DNA of 64,000 nt from Bacilli bacterium (GCA_028706395.1 JAQWBL010000002.1:3390-67389), one strand, 5' to 3'; positions 19,825 to 31,912 are shown, numbered from the stretch's first letter. Made by a program: numbers and translations. Notes: generated from the letters alone by a model not told the origin.

Positions 19825-19960
19825 TGTGAATAACTTTTAAAAAATGTACTTTTTCCACAATTAATTTTACTTAATTAATACATATTTTATAACGGTTATT
19901 AAAGTTATCCACATAATCCACACCTATAATAATAATATTACTTAAAAAAATAAGAAAAGG
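19825..19960. other. oriC part II: DnaA boxes plus AT-rich unwinding region between dnaA and dnaN
   Basis: Boxes: TGTGAATAA 19825-19833, TTTTCCACA 19851-19859, perfect TTATCCACA 19905-19913 abutting TAATCCACA 19914-19922. These are followed by CACC and the period-3 run TATAATAATAATATT (19925-19939). Confidence 0.8.
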
Positions 19961-19969
19961 AGAATGAAA

Positions 19970-21091
19970 ATGAATTTTGAAATCAATCAAAAAATATTGT
20001 TAAAACACTTAAATTATGTAATAAGAGGTATATCAAGTAAAAATTTAATTCCTATATTAAACTGTATAAAAATGGAATTAACTAATGAAGGATTATACTT
20101 GTTGAGTACTAATAATGATATAGCAATAAAAACTTTTATACCTAATAAACAAATAACAAAAGTTATAAACACAGGAGTTATTGTTGTATATGGTAGATAT
20201 ATATATGAAATAATAAGAAAACTACCTAATGAAACTATAACTATTGAAGAAGTGTTAGAAGATAAAATAAATATCTATACAAGTAAATCTTCATTTTATT
20301 TAAATTGTAATAAAACAGAGGATTTTCCAACACTAAATTTAGAAGAACAAGCTAATCCTATAAAGTTAAATAAAAAAGTATTAAAGAACTTAATTAATCA
20401 AACTATTTTTGCTACATCAAATGATGAAGCAAGACCTCATTTAACAGGATTAAATATTCAAGTAAAAGAAGATATATTAAAATGTACTGCAACAGATTCT
20501 TATAGATTATCATCAAAAGAAATAAAATTAGATGAAAAATTATCAACTGAAGTAAATATAATTATTCCTAATAAAAATATTCTTGAATTAAGTAAAATAA
20601 TTAACGATGATGATGATTTTATTGAATTACACATATTTAGTAATAGTATAATTTTTAAATTTTCAGATATTACTTTTATGTCAAGACTAATCAATGGAAC
20701 ATATCCAAATACATCAGCACTTATACCAAATGAATTTTCATTAAAATTAAAAGTTCAAAGAAATGATTTTTATAATTCAATTGATAGAGCTTCATTATTA
20801 ACAAACGAATTTGAAAAACACACTATAAAATTAGAATTAAAAGAAAATGAAGTAACAATTTCATCGAATATTCCAGAAATAGGGAAAGTTGAAGAAAAAA
20901 TATTAGTTGAAAAAAATAATGAAAATAATATTATTATATCTTTTTCTTCAAAATATATGCTTGATGCTCTAAAATCAATGGAAGATGAATTTATAGAAAT
21001 TTTATTCAATGGAGAATTGAAACCAATCATCATAAAGAACATAAATGACGAATCTTTAACACAATTGATTTTGCCTATAAGGACCTATTAA
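19970..21091 (+). CDS. dnaN: DNA polymerase III beta sliding clamp
   Basis: 373 aa with three-domain clamp pattern (ATDSYRL, MSRLINGTYPN). Second ATG chosen for AGGAGA spacing. Confidence 0.95.
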   Translation: MNFEINQKILLKHLNYVIRGISSKNLIPILNCIKMELTNEGLYLLSTNNDIAIKTFIPNKQITKVINTGVIVVYGRYIYEIIRKLPNETITIEEVLEDKINIYTSKSSFYLNCNKTEDFPTLNLEEQANPIKLNKKVLKNLINQTIFATSNDEARPHLTGLNIQVKEDILKCTATDSYRLSSKEIKLDEKLSTEVNIIIPNKNILELSKIINDDDDFIELHIFSNSIIFKFSDITFMSRLINGTYPNTSALIPNEFSLKLKVQRNDFYNSIDRASLLTNEFEKHTIKLELKENEVTISSNIPEIGKVEEKILVEKNNENNIIISFSSKYMLDALKSMEDEFIEILFNGELKPIIIKNINDESLTQLILPIRTY

Positions 21092-21098
21092 GTGTCTG

Positions 21099-21123
21099 AA
21101 ACAACTTTTTTAGTTGTTTTTTT
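21099..21123 (+). terminator. dnaN terminator
   Basis: AAACAACT/AGTTGTTT stem, 5-nt loop, T-run. Confidence 0.85.
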
Positions 21124-21135
21124 ATGCTCATTTTT

Positions 21136-21168
21136 GCATTTGAGACACATATTTGGGCATTTGGGACA
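21136..21168 (+). promoter_or_regulatory. LytTR/AgrA-type operator (two 12-nt direct repeats, 21-nt period) upstream of comK
   Basis: GCATTTGAGACA (21136-21147) and GCATTTGGGACA (21157-21168). The block 21131-21171 matches the reverse complement of 59645-59685 at 37/41 positions by hand alignment. -10-like TATATT (21191-21196) and TATGAT (21198-21203) lie downstream. Confidence 0.6.
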
Positions 21169-21255
21169 TAATCGCCCAAAAACATAAAAATATATTGTAT
21201 GATAGGAAGGAAATTCGATTTATATGTCGAATTATATTAGTAGGAGGTGAAATTA

Positions 21256-21705
21256 GTGGAAAAATATGAAATAAACTTATCAACTATTGCAATAATAGCA
21301 CTTGATAATCAAAAGAGTAAAATTATCGAAGATGATGGTAGTTTTATTGTAGATCGTGTAACCCCAAAAATTATTGATGATAGTTGTCGTTATTTTGGAA
21401 GTTCTTATTTAGGTAGATTTGAAGGTAGTAAAAACTTTTTAGGCGGAACTATTTACAAATCTCCCATAATAATTGAAGAGAGTAGAGAGATAATATTCTT
21501 TCCAACTGGATCAGCACGTTCATCTGAATGCTCATGGTTTTCATTGAACAAAGTTTCTCATTACGAAAAAGATAAAAATAATACTATTATTTACTTCAAA
21601 AATGGAACATCTTTAGAAGTTGATATCTCATATTCTTCATTTGAAAATCAAGTTTTGAGAGCTTCAAGACTTGAATCAATATTAAGACAGAGAAAAAACA
21701 AATAA
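21256..21705 (+). CDS. comK: Competence transcription factor ComK
   Basis: Aligns by eye to B. subtilis ComK blocks: YEIN.STIAI, SKIIEDD, DDSCRYFGSSYLGR, IIFFPTGS, ISYSSFENQVLRASRL. GTG at 21256 lies 8 nt after AGGAGG. Confidence 0.88.
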   Translation: MEKYEINLSTIAIIALDNQKSKIIEDDGSFIVDRVTPKIIDDSCRYFGSSYLGRFEGSKNFLGGTIYKSPIIIEESREIIFFPTGSARSSECSWFSLNKVSHYEKDKNNTIIYFKNGTSLEVDISYSSFENQVLRASRLESILRQRKNK

Positions 21706-21729
21706 AAGCGTAAATTACGCTTTTTTTTT
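21704..21729 (+). terminator. comK terminator
   Basis: AAAAGCGTA/TACGCTTTT hairpin followed by a T9 run. Confidence 0.85.
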
Positions 21730-21832
21730 ACTTTTTAGGTGTAATTTATGATATAATATATGAGTATGTATAGGGGGTCATTAAAAGCAATAAAATCATT
21801 TTAAAAGGGACCAAACCAGAAAAGAGGAAATA

Positions 21833-24873
<3,041 letters not shown>

Positions 24874-24885
24874 AGGAGTGATAAT

Positions 24886-27336
24886 ATGGATGAAAAATTA
24901 AAAGATATTAATATCTCAGACGAGATGGAAGGTTCGTTTCTTGACTATTCGATGAGTGTTATTGTGTCAAGAGCATTACCAGATGTCCGTGATGGTTTGA
25001 AACCAGTACATAGACGTATCTTATACACAATGTATGAAGAAGGATTCTTACCAGATAAGAAATTTGTTAAGAGTGCGAATACAGTTGGTAACGTTTTAGC
25101 ACATTATCACCCTCATGGTGATACAGCGGTATACGATACAATGGTTAGAATGGCTCAACCATTTAACTATCGTTATGTTTTAGTAGATGGTCACGGTAAC
25201 TTTGGTTCTATTGATGGATATTCGGCTGCAGCTCAACGTTATACTGAATCAAAATTAGCTAAAATTTCTATGGAAATGTTAAGAGATATAAATAAAGATA
25301 CAGTTGATTTTGGTCTTAACTATGATGGTGAAAGAAAAGAACCAAGCGTCTTACCTAGCCGTTTTCCTAATATATTAGTAAATGGTACAATGGGTATTGC
25401 TGTTGGTATGGCAACTAACATTCCACCACATAATTTAGGAGAAGTGATTGATGGATGTGTTGCTTATATTGATAATAACGACATTTCCACACTTGAATTA
25501 ATGGAACATATAAAAGGCCCAGATTTTCCAACAGGCGCTCATATTCTTGGTAATAGCGGTATTAAAAAGGCATATGATACAGGAAAAGGAATTATTACTA
25601 TTAGAGCAAGTTCAGAAATAGTTGAAAATAAAAATGGTAAACAAAGTATTATAATTACTGAAATACCTTATCAAGTTAACAAATCTTCTTTAATTACAAA
25701 GATAGCTGATTTAGCTCGTGAAAAAACAATTGAAGGTATAACAGATTTAAGAGATGAAACAGACTTAAATGGTATTAAAATAGTAATTGAAGTAAGAAGG
25801 GATGCAAATGCTAACGTTATATTAAATAACTTATTTAAATATACTAATTTACAAATTTCTTACGGAATAAATTTATTAGCATTAGTCGATGGTGAACCAA
25901 AATTACTGGGACTAAAAACAATAATTGAAAAATATATTGAACATCAAAAAGCTGTAATTATTAGAAGAACAAGATTTGATTTAGATAAAGCTGAAAAAAG
26001 AGCACATATTTTAGAAGGATTAGGAATTGCCCTTGATAATATTGATGAAATTATTAGAATAATAAAAGCTGCCAAATCGGATGTTGAAGCAATTGAAAAT
26101 TTAATTCAAAAATTTCAATTAAGTCAGTTACAATCTGAAGCAATTTTGGAAATGAAATTAAGAAGATTAACTGGTTTAGAAAGAGAAAAAATTGAATCAG
26201 AATTAAAAGAATTATTAGCATTAATTGAAAATTTAAGAGAAATATTAGCAAGTAACGAAAAAATTCTTAATATTGTAAGAGAAGAATTACTTGAAATAAA
26301 AGCTAAGTACGGAGATGAAAGAAAAACTAATATTGATATGACATCAATTGAATATATTGAAGATGAATCTTTAATTCCTGTTGAAGACATTGTTGTTACA
26401 TTAACAGATAAAGGTTATATAAAAAGAATAAATAGTGAAACTTATCGTACTCAAAATAGAGGTGGAGTAGGTATAAAAGGTATGTCGATTAACGAAGAAG
26501 ATATTGTTGAACATTTGTTAGTCATGACAACACACGATTATATAACATTCTTTACTAATAAAGGAAAAGTATACCGAATTAAAGGCTATACAATACCAAT
26601 GTTTAGTAGGCAATCAAAAGGTTTACCAATAATTAATCTATTACCTTTAGATAAGGATGAAAAGGTTAATGTTCTATTAAAAGTTACCGAAGAAGATAGT
26701 AATAATAATGTTGTATTTTGTACACAAAATGGTTTAACGAAAAGAACTAAAATATCAGAATTTGAAAACATAAGAGTAACAGGTAAATTAGCAATAACTC
26801 TCAAGGAAGATGATGAATTGATTTCAGTTAGAAAAACTAACGGAAATAATGATATTATGATTGCAACTTCTGATGGAAGAATGATTAGATTTAATGAATC
26901 AGAAATTAGAATTATGGGAAGAACTGCTAGTGGTGTTAGAGGAATAAATGTAGGTAAGAGTAAATGTATTGGATGTGAAATAGCTACAGATGATCAGGAA
27001 GTACTAATTGTAACTGAAAAGGGTTATGGAAAGAAAACTGATATAAATGAATATAGAGTTACACACCGTGGTACAAAGGGTGTTAAAGCTCTTAATATTA
27101 CTGAAAAAAATGGTAATCTAATAGCATTTAAACTTGTAGATGGAAATGAAGACTTACTAATGGTAACTAATTTTGGTACTGTTATAAGACTATCATTAAA
27201 TCAAGTTTCAAAAATAGGCAGAATAGCACAAGGAGTTAGATTAATTAATCTTAAGGATGAACAAAAAGTTAGTTCGATTGCTATTGTTGCCGCAGACAAA
27301 GAAAGTAATACAGAAGAAAATAAAGAAGATATTTAA
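24886..27336 (+). CDS. gyrA: DNA gyrase subunit A
   Basis: Active-site region AAQRYTE, QRDR-like [11 protein letters not shown]-terminal beta-pinwheel repeats. Confidence 0.98.
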   Translation: MDEKLKDINISDEMEGSFLDYSMSVIVSRALPDVRDGLKPVHRRILYTMYEEGFLPDKKFVKSANTVGNVLAHYHPHGDTAVYDTMVRMAQPFNYRYVLVDGHGNFGSIDGYSAAAQRYTESKLAKISMEMLRDINKDTVDFGLNYDGERKEPSVLPSRFPNILVNGTMGIAVGMATNIPPHNLGEVIDGCVAYIDNNDISTLELMEHIKGPDFPTGAHILGNSGIKKAYDTGKGIITIRASSEIVENKNGKQSIIITEIPYQVNKSSLITKIADLAREKTIEGITDLRDETDLNGIKIVIEVRRDANANVILNNLFKYTNLQISYGINLLALVDGEPKLLGLKTIIEKYIEHQKAVIIRRTRFDLDKAEKRAHILEGLGIALDNIDEIIRIIKAAKSDVEAIENLIQKFQLSQLQSEAILEMKLRRLTGLEREKIESELKELLALIENLREILASNEKILNIVREELLEIKAKYGDERKTNIDMTSIEYIEDESLIPVEDIVVTLTDKGYIKRINSETYRTQNRGGVGIKGMSINEEDIVEHLLVMTTHDYITFFTNKGKVYRIKGYTIPMFSRQSKGLPIINLLPLDKDEKVNVLLKVTEEDSNNNVVFCTQNGLTKRTKISEFENIRVTGKLAITLKEDDELISVRKTNGNNDIMIATSDGRMIRFNESEIRIMGRTASGVRGINVGKSKCIGCEIATDDQEVLIVTEKGYGKKTDINEYRVTHRGTKGVKALNITEKNGNLIAFKLVDGNEDLLMVTNFGTVIRLSLNQVSKIGRIAQGVRLINLKDEQKVSSIAIVAADKESNTEENKEDI

Positions 27337-27351
27337 AATTCTTCTTTTTTT
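27323..27351 (+). terminator. gyrA terminator
   Basis: AAGAAGA/TCTTCTT stem spanning the stop codon, then a T-run. Confidence 0.65.
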
Positions 27352-27361
27352 ATATTTACAA

Positions 27362-27377
27362 TGTTCCACGTGAAACA
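27362..27377. other. parS site 1 (TGTTCCACGTGAAACA)
   Basis: Exact 16-mer match to the B. subtilis parS consensus TGTTNCACGTGAAACA. Confidence 0.85.
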
Positions 27378-27398
27378 TAGAGACATCAAAAAAGTCCA

Positions 27399-27414
27399 TG
27401 TTCCACGTGAAACA
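27399..27414. other. parS site 2 (TGTTCCACGTGAAACA)
   Basis: Second exact copy 37 nt downstream. Part of a tandem repeat of about 29 nt: ATGTTCCACGTGAAACATAGARACATCAA. Confidence 0.85.
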
Positions 27415-27474
27415 TAGAAACATCAATATTAAACAAGGTTGCTTTTTTTATTAAAATATTATATTATTTTAACT

Positions 27475-27551
27475 GACACAACATATATAATCGAACCAGG
27501 TCAGAATTGGAAAATAGCAGCCTTAAGATTCCCTTTATGTGTGTGTCTTTT
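27475..27551 (+). ncRNA. ffs: Small (4.5S-type) SRP RNA
   Basis: Domain IV signature CCAGGTCAGAATTGGAAAATAGCAGCC with GGAA tetraloop (27509-12). Termini pair (GACACAACATA / TATGTGTGTGTC). TTGCTT-17-TATTAT promoter at 27439-27467; T-run follows. Confidence 0.75.
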
Positions 27552-27579
27552 TTTATGTTATTATATAAAGGGGTGTATT

Positions 27580-28017
27580 ATGAAAAAAGAATATATGGAA
27601 TTGGCATTAGAAGAAGCAAAAAAATCATTAAGATCAAATGATGTTCCTGTTGGTGCAATAATTGTGAAAAATGGAACTGTTTTATCAAAAGCACATAATA
27701 AACGTGAAAAAAATCAGTTAGTTACCAATCACGCGGAAATTATTGCAATTGAAAAAGCTTGTAAAAAATTAAAAACTTGGCGATTAGATGACTGTATATT
27801 GTATGTAACACTTGAACCATGTTTAATGTGCTATGGTGCAATAATTCAATCTAGAATTTCAAAAGTTATTTATGCTACTTCATCTGAAAAAACAGGTTTT
27901 TTTAGTAATATACCAGATACATTAAAAGTTAATTTAAAGTCAGAGCAAATTAAGGATATATATACAAAAGAATCGTCTGAAATGTTAAAAGACTTTTTTA
28001 AAGATAAAAGGAATTAG
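27580..28017 (+). CDS. tadA: tRNA-specific adenosine deaminase
   Basis: Deaminase zinc motifs HAE (NHAEIIAIE) and PCLMC. ATG at 27580 with AAAGGGGTG RBS; the tracked upstream extension covers the SRP RNA. Confidence 0.9.
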   Translation: MKKEYMELALEEAKKSLRSNDVPVGAIIVKNGTVLSKAHNKREKNQLVTNHAEIIAIEKACKKLKTWRLDDCILYVTLEPCLMCYGAIIQSRISKVIYATSSEKTGFFSNIPDTLKVNLKSEQIKDIYTKESSEMLKDFFKDKRN

Positions 28018-28068
28018 CATTTAAATATAACGGTATAAATGATATAATATTACAATGAGGTGAGATAA

Positions 28069-29799
28069 ATGTATCAATCATTATATAGAAAATACAGACC
28101 ACAAACGCTTGAAGAAGTTGTAGGACAAAAAGTTATAATAAAAATATTGAAAAATGAAATAACTAATAACAAAATTACTCACGCTTATTTATTTACAGGT
28201 CCTAGAGGAACAGGAAAAACTAGTGTTGCGAAGGTTTTAGCTAAAACAGTTAATTGCATTAATTTAAAAGGCTATGAACCTTGTAATGAGTGTGTAAATT
28301 GTACACAAATAAATCAAAAACAAAGTGTTGATATTGTAGAAATAGATGCTGCTTCTAACAATGGTGTAGATGAAATCCGTGAATTAAAAAGTAAAGTATC
28401 GTTAGTACCATCAATTGGTAAATATAAAATTTATATAATAGATGAAGTTCATATGCTTACTATTGGTGCCTTTAATGCATTATTAAAAACTTTAGAAGAA
28501 CCACCAGCACATATTATTTTTATTTTAGCCACTACTGAACCACATAAAATCCCTGAAACTATACTATCTAGATGTCAAAAGTTTGAATTTAAGAGAATAG
28601 ACGATAAAAGCATGTTAGAAAGATTAAAATATATATGTGAAAAAGAAAAAATAAATATCGAAGACGATGCTTTAAATGAAATAGTTAGGTTTTCATCAGG
28701 TGGTATGCGCGACGCTATAAGTATGCTTGAACAATCTTCAGTATATGCTGAAGATAAAATAACAATTAGTGATATAAACGAAATCAATGGAACATTACCA
28801 CATGATCAAATGAAGGAATTAATAGATAGCATTATCGCAAAAGACTTAACTAAAATTTTTTTACTTCTTGGCGATTATGATAACAATGGAAAAAATTTAA
28901 TAAAATTAGTTGAGGAAATAATAAATTTTATTAAAAACATTATTATTTACAAAAATATTCCAACATATTCAAATAATAACATTTCCCGGGAAATATATAA
29001 GGAATTTATTGATAAGACGGATATCGATGAATTATTTAAAATGATATTAGAAATTAATAATTCTTTGAATGAAATGAAAAATTTTAATAATCCTAGACTT
29101 GTATTTGAGTTGTTAATGGTATCATTAATTAAAAATAATGATGTTAAAAAGCTACCTGAAACACCAATTACTAAAAATCAGCCACAAGTGGATCAAATAA
29201 TCGAAATTGAAAAGCCAATTGAAAAAATTCAATCAAAAGTCAAAGAAAAAGAAATTGGAACTCAACCCGATGTTAATAATAAATCAAAAGAAAGTCAAAT
29301 TCCAAATCTAGTAATTAATAAAAAAGACGATGAACTAGAAAAAATAAAAAAAATAAGAGTAAATAACACATTTGTTAAACCAAGTAAGACAATTTTAAAT
29401 AAATTAAAAATTGATATTGAAAAAGCAAGAGATTATATATTGGATAAAAATTATAGTAAAATGGCATCTATATTATTAGATGCAAAAATACCAGCAGCAA
29501 GTGCTGAAAATATAATATTTGTTTATCCAAGTGATAGTATGGAAAAAACATTTAATAATAATATTTTAAAGATTGAAGAATTTGTTAGTAAAATATTTAA
29601 TAGTGATTATAAAATAATTGCTTTAAATAAAGAAGAATGGAATTTTTACCGCAAAGAATTTAAATCTAAAACAACTACCTATGTGTATATAAATGAAACA
29701 CCAAAAATATTGGAATATTTAAAAAAGCAAACCGAATCAAATCAAAATTATGATGAAATTCATAATTTGTTTGGAGATATTATAGAATATAATAATTAG
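28069..29799 (+). CDS. dnaX: DNA polymerase III subunits gamma/tau
   Basis: Walker A GPRGTGKTS, zinc module CNECVNC, SRC motif (LSRCQKF). Confidence 0.95.
   Translation: MYQSLYRKYRPQTLEEVVGQKVIIKILKNEITNNKITHAYLFTGPRGTGKTSVAKVLAKTVNCINLKGYEPCNECVNCTQINQKQSVDIVEIDAASNNGVDEIRELKSKVSLVPSIGKYKIYIIDEVHMLTIGAFNALLKTLEEPPAHIIFILATTEPHKIPETILSRCQKFEFKRIDDKSMLERLKYICEKEKINIEDDALNEIVRFSSGGMRDAISMLEQSSVYAEDKITISDINEINGTLPHDQMKELIDSIIAKDLTKIFLLLGDYDNNGKNLIKLVEEIINFIKNIIIYKNIPTYSNNNISREIYKEFIDKTDIDELFKMILEINNSLNEMKNFNNPRLVFELLMVSLIKNNDVKKLPETPITKNQPQVDQIIEIEKPIEKIQSKVKEKEIGTQPDVNNKSKESQIPNLVINKKDDELEKIKKIRVNNTFVKPSKTILNKLKIDIEKARDYILDKNYSKMASILLDAKIPAASAENIIFVYPSDSMEKTFNNNILKIEEFVSKIFNSDYKIIALNKEEWNFYRKEFKSKTTTYVYINETPKILEYLKKQTESNQNYDEIHNLFGDIIEYNN
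28981..28994. other. Noc-binding site (NBS), perfect match ATTTCCCGGGAAAT
   Basis: Exact 14-bp palindrome inside dnaX. Confidence 0.75.
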
Positions 29800-29813
29800 A
29801 AAGAGGAACAAAA

Positions 29814-30110
29814 ATGAATATGCAAAATATGATGAAACAAGTTCAAAAAATTCAAAAAGAAATGATGGCAGAAAAAGCAAAAATAGACGAAACAGTTTTT
29901 TCTTCTAAAACATCAATTGTAAGTGTTGAAATGAAAGGTAACAAAGAATTAGTAAGTGTTAAAATCGACGCTGAAGAAATAGCTAAAGATGATGTTGAAA
30001 TGTTAGAAGATATGATTGTTGTAGCAATTAATGATGTAATAAGTCAAATTGAAAAAACAACAGAGCAAAAACTAGGAAAGTATACGCAAGGAATGCCAGG
30101 TTTATTTTAA
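29814..30110 (+). CDS. ybaB: Nucleoid-associated protein YbaB/EbfC
   Basis: 98 aa with MMKQVQKIQKEM start and C-terminal MPGLF; conserved dnaX-ybaB-recR order. Confidence 0.9.
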   Translation: MNMQNMMKQVQKIQKEMMAEKAKIDETVFSSKTSIVSVEMKGNKELVSVKIDAEEIAKDDVEMLEDMIVVAINDVISQIEKTTEQKLGKYTQGMPGLF

Positions 30111-30709
30111 TGAATTATCCAACAACCATAAGAAACTTGATTGAATGTTTTAAAAAACTTCCTGGAATTGGAGAAAAGACTGCCGAAAGACTTGCATTAG
30201 CAACATTGAAATTAGACGATGATATGATTAAATTGTTTTCACAAAGTTTAGGTTATATAAAAACAAAAATTAAAAGATGTACTGTTTGTAATAATTTAAC
30301 CGAAAATGAAAAATGTGATATTTGCTTAGATGAAAAAAGGAATACAAAAATAATTTGTATTGTTCAAGAACCCAAAAATATAATTATGATGGAAAAGTCT
30401 AATGTGTATAATGGACAATATCATGTTATAGATAATTTAATATCACCATTAGATGGTATTAATCCTTCGGATATAAATATTTCTACTCTTGAAGATCGGA
30501 TTATTAGTAATAATATAGAGGAAGTAATTATTGTCTTAAAACAGAGCATTGAAGGAGAAACTACTACTTTATATATAACGAAGATGCTAGAGTCAACTGG
30601 GGTAAAAATCACAAAAATTGCTCAAGGTATTCCGCATGGTGCTGATATGGATTATGTTGATTATCTGACACTAGAAAAAGCTATTGCAGATCGCAAAGAA
30701 GTTTCATAA
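30110..30709 (+). CDS. recR: Recombination protein RecR
   Basis: HhH (LPGIGEKTAERLA), C4 zinc finger (CTVCNN..CDIC), Toprim. Confidence 0.95.
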   Translation: MNYPTTIRNLIECFKKLPGIGEKTAERLALATLKLDDDMIKLFSQSLGYIKTKIKRCTVCNNLTENEKCDICLDEKRNTKIICIVQEPKNIIMMEKSNVYNGQYHVIDNLISPLDGINPSDINISTLEDRIISNNIEEVIIVLKQSIEGETTTLYITKMLESTGVKITKIAQGIPHGADMDYVDYLTLEKAIADRKEVS

Positions 30710-30748
30710 TAATTAATTATCCTCATAAAATTAATAAGGAGGATAATT

Positions 30749-30937
30749 ATGTTAAAAAAAATATTTTCAGTATTAAAAAAAGTAATTTACAGTTCATTTT
30801 TAATTTATGGGTATAATATGGTAGCTGCACCATTAAATTTAATAATTCCATTAAATTTAATTACAGTTGGACTTGTAATGTTATTAGGTTTTCCATCATT
30901 AATTTCATTAATAATTATTTTATCTTTAGTCTTTTAA
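30749..30937 (+). CDS. bofA: BofA-family (pro-sigmaK processing inhibitor-like) small membrane protein
   Basis: 62 aa, 2 TM. The LNLIIPLNLITVGLVMLLGFPSLISLIII segment resembles the BofA C-terminus; same position after recR as in B. subtilis. Confidence 0.55.
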   Translation: MLKKIFSVLKKVIYSSFLIYGYNMVAAPLNLIIPLNLITVGLVMLLGFPSLISLIIILSLVF

Positions 30938-30949
30938 GGAGGTATAGAA

Positions 30950-31912
30950 ATGTTTAGTAAGTATCGAGAAGAACAGCCTATTGCATATCAAATATTAAAT
31001 AATACAATAAAAAAACAAAATATATCTCATGCCTACTTATTTATTTCAAATAATTACTCAAAAACAATGGATTTTGCGATTACTTTTGCAAAAGAAATTA
31101 TTTTAAAAGATATAACTGATAATCAAGTTAAAGAGAACATTGCCAATCAAATAAATAATGGAACTTACAACAATCTAATTTTAATTGATCCAGAAGGTAT
31201 TATTATAAAAAAGGAAGTTGTTGAAAACCTTCAAAAAGAATTAAGTAACAAATCAATTGATGGTAATAAGCGTATATATATAATAAATAATTGTGAAAAA
31301 TTAAATACTCAGTCATCTAACTCTATTTTAAAGTTTTTAGAAGAACCAGAAGAAGATATAATAGCGATACTAATAACTGATAATAAATATCAATTGCTTG
31401 AAACAATTACTTCAAGATGTCTTAATATAAGATTACAGGATGATAAAGCCCCAACTGAAGACAACTTATCAACTAAAGAAAAAATCGGTATGAATCTCTT
31501 TAATAAAACAGACGAAATGAATGAGTTTATTAATAACTCACATACTGATGAATTTATTGATAATCTTGTAAAGTTTATAGTACATTATGAAAAAAATAGA
31601 ATTCAAACATTATTATATTTAAATAAAATTTGGCATGAAAAAATCAAAGATAAATCAGAAATGATATTAGCATTTGATATTATGATACTATTTTATAATG
31701 ATGTGCTAACTTATAAAGTTAATAATAAAATTAATATTTTTAAAGATTTAGATGATCAAATAAACGAAATGTGTAAAAATAACACTATGGACCAAATATG
31801 CCATAAATTAGATGTTTTAATTAAATCAAAACGAAAAATAAGAAATAATGTAAATAGTAAATTACTAATGGACAAGCTGGTAATTAATTTTGGAGGTGAG
31901 AATTGTGATTAA
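30950..31912 (+). CDS. holB: DNA polymerase III delta-prime subunit
   Basis: Clamp-loader fold cues (HAYLF, FLEEPEE, ITSRC). Confidence 0.85.
   Translation: MFSKYREEQPIAYQILNNTIKKQNISHAYLFISNNYSKTMDFAITFAKEIILKDITDNQVKENIANQINNGTYNNLILIDPEGIIIKKEVVENLQKELSNKSIDGNKRIYIINNCEKLNTQSSNSILKFLEEPEEDIIAILITDNKYQLLETITSRCLNIRLQDDKAPTEDNLSTKEKIGMNLFNKTDEMNEFINNSHTDEFIDNLVKFIVHYEKNRIQTLLYLNKIWHEKIKDKSEMILAFDIMILFYNDVLTYKVNNKINIFKDLDDQINEMCKNNTMDQICHKLDVLIKSKRKIRNNVNSKLLMDKLVINFGGENCD

Noticed and set aside
21124-21171. A 15-codon mini-ORF (MLIFAFETHIWAFGT) within the comK operator. A parallel one (MPFFAFETHIRPFRT) exists on the minus strand at about 59645-59692, preceded by GGAGG.
   Set aside because: The shared ATG...TAA frame follows automatically from the DNA repeat itself, and the comK copy has no RBS. 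It is kept only as a remote possibility (leader peptide), so it is not called.
21213-21235. Inverted repeat AATTCGA(N8)TCGAATT in the comK 5' leader.
   Set aside because: It is short and AT-rich, with no second copy or known motif. It may be a leader hairpin, but there is nothing to support a call.
27361-27427. A tandem repeat of about 29 nt that could be mistaken for a mini CRISPR array or a REP element.
   Set aside because: There are only two copies. Each is centred on an exact parS palindrome, no cas genes are present, and the intervening 8 nt is not spacer-like.
27439-27579. N-terminal extensions in the ORF track: tadA from 27439, dut from 40612, rsmA from 44538, the pgpA-like gene to 50888, the ITPase-like gene from 55806, the regulator from 56759, dnaA from 18456 and tilS from 46117.
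   Set aside because: The extensions run through an RNA gene, a T-box leader, terminators or promoters. Internal starts with properly spaced Shine-Dalgarno sequences coincide with the conserved protein N-termini.
28069-29799. Possible programmed frameshift site in dnaX (gamma versus tau).
   Set aside because: A-rich runs are everywhere in this genome. I could not identify a specific slippery heptamer with a downstream structure, so it cannot be assessed by eye.
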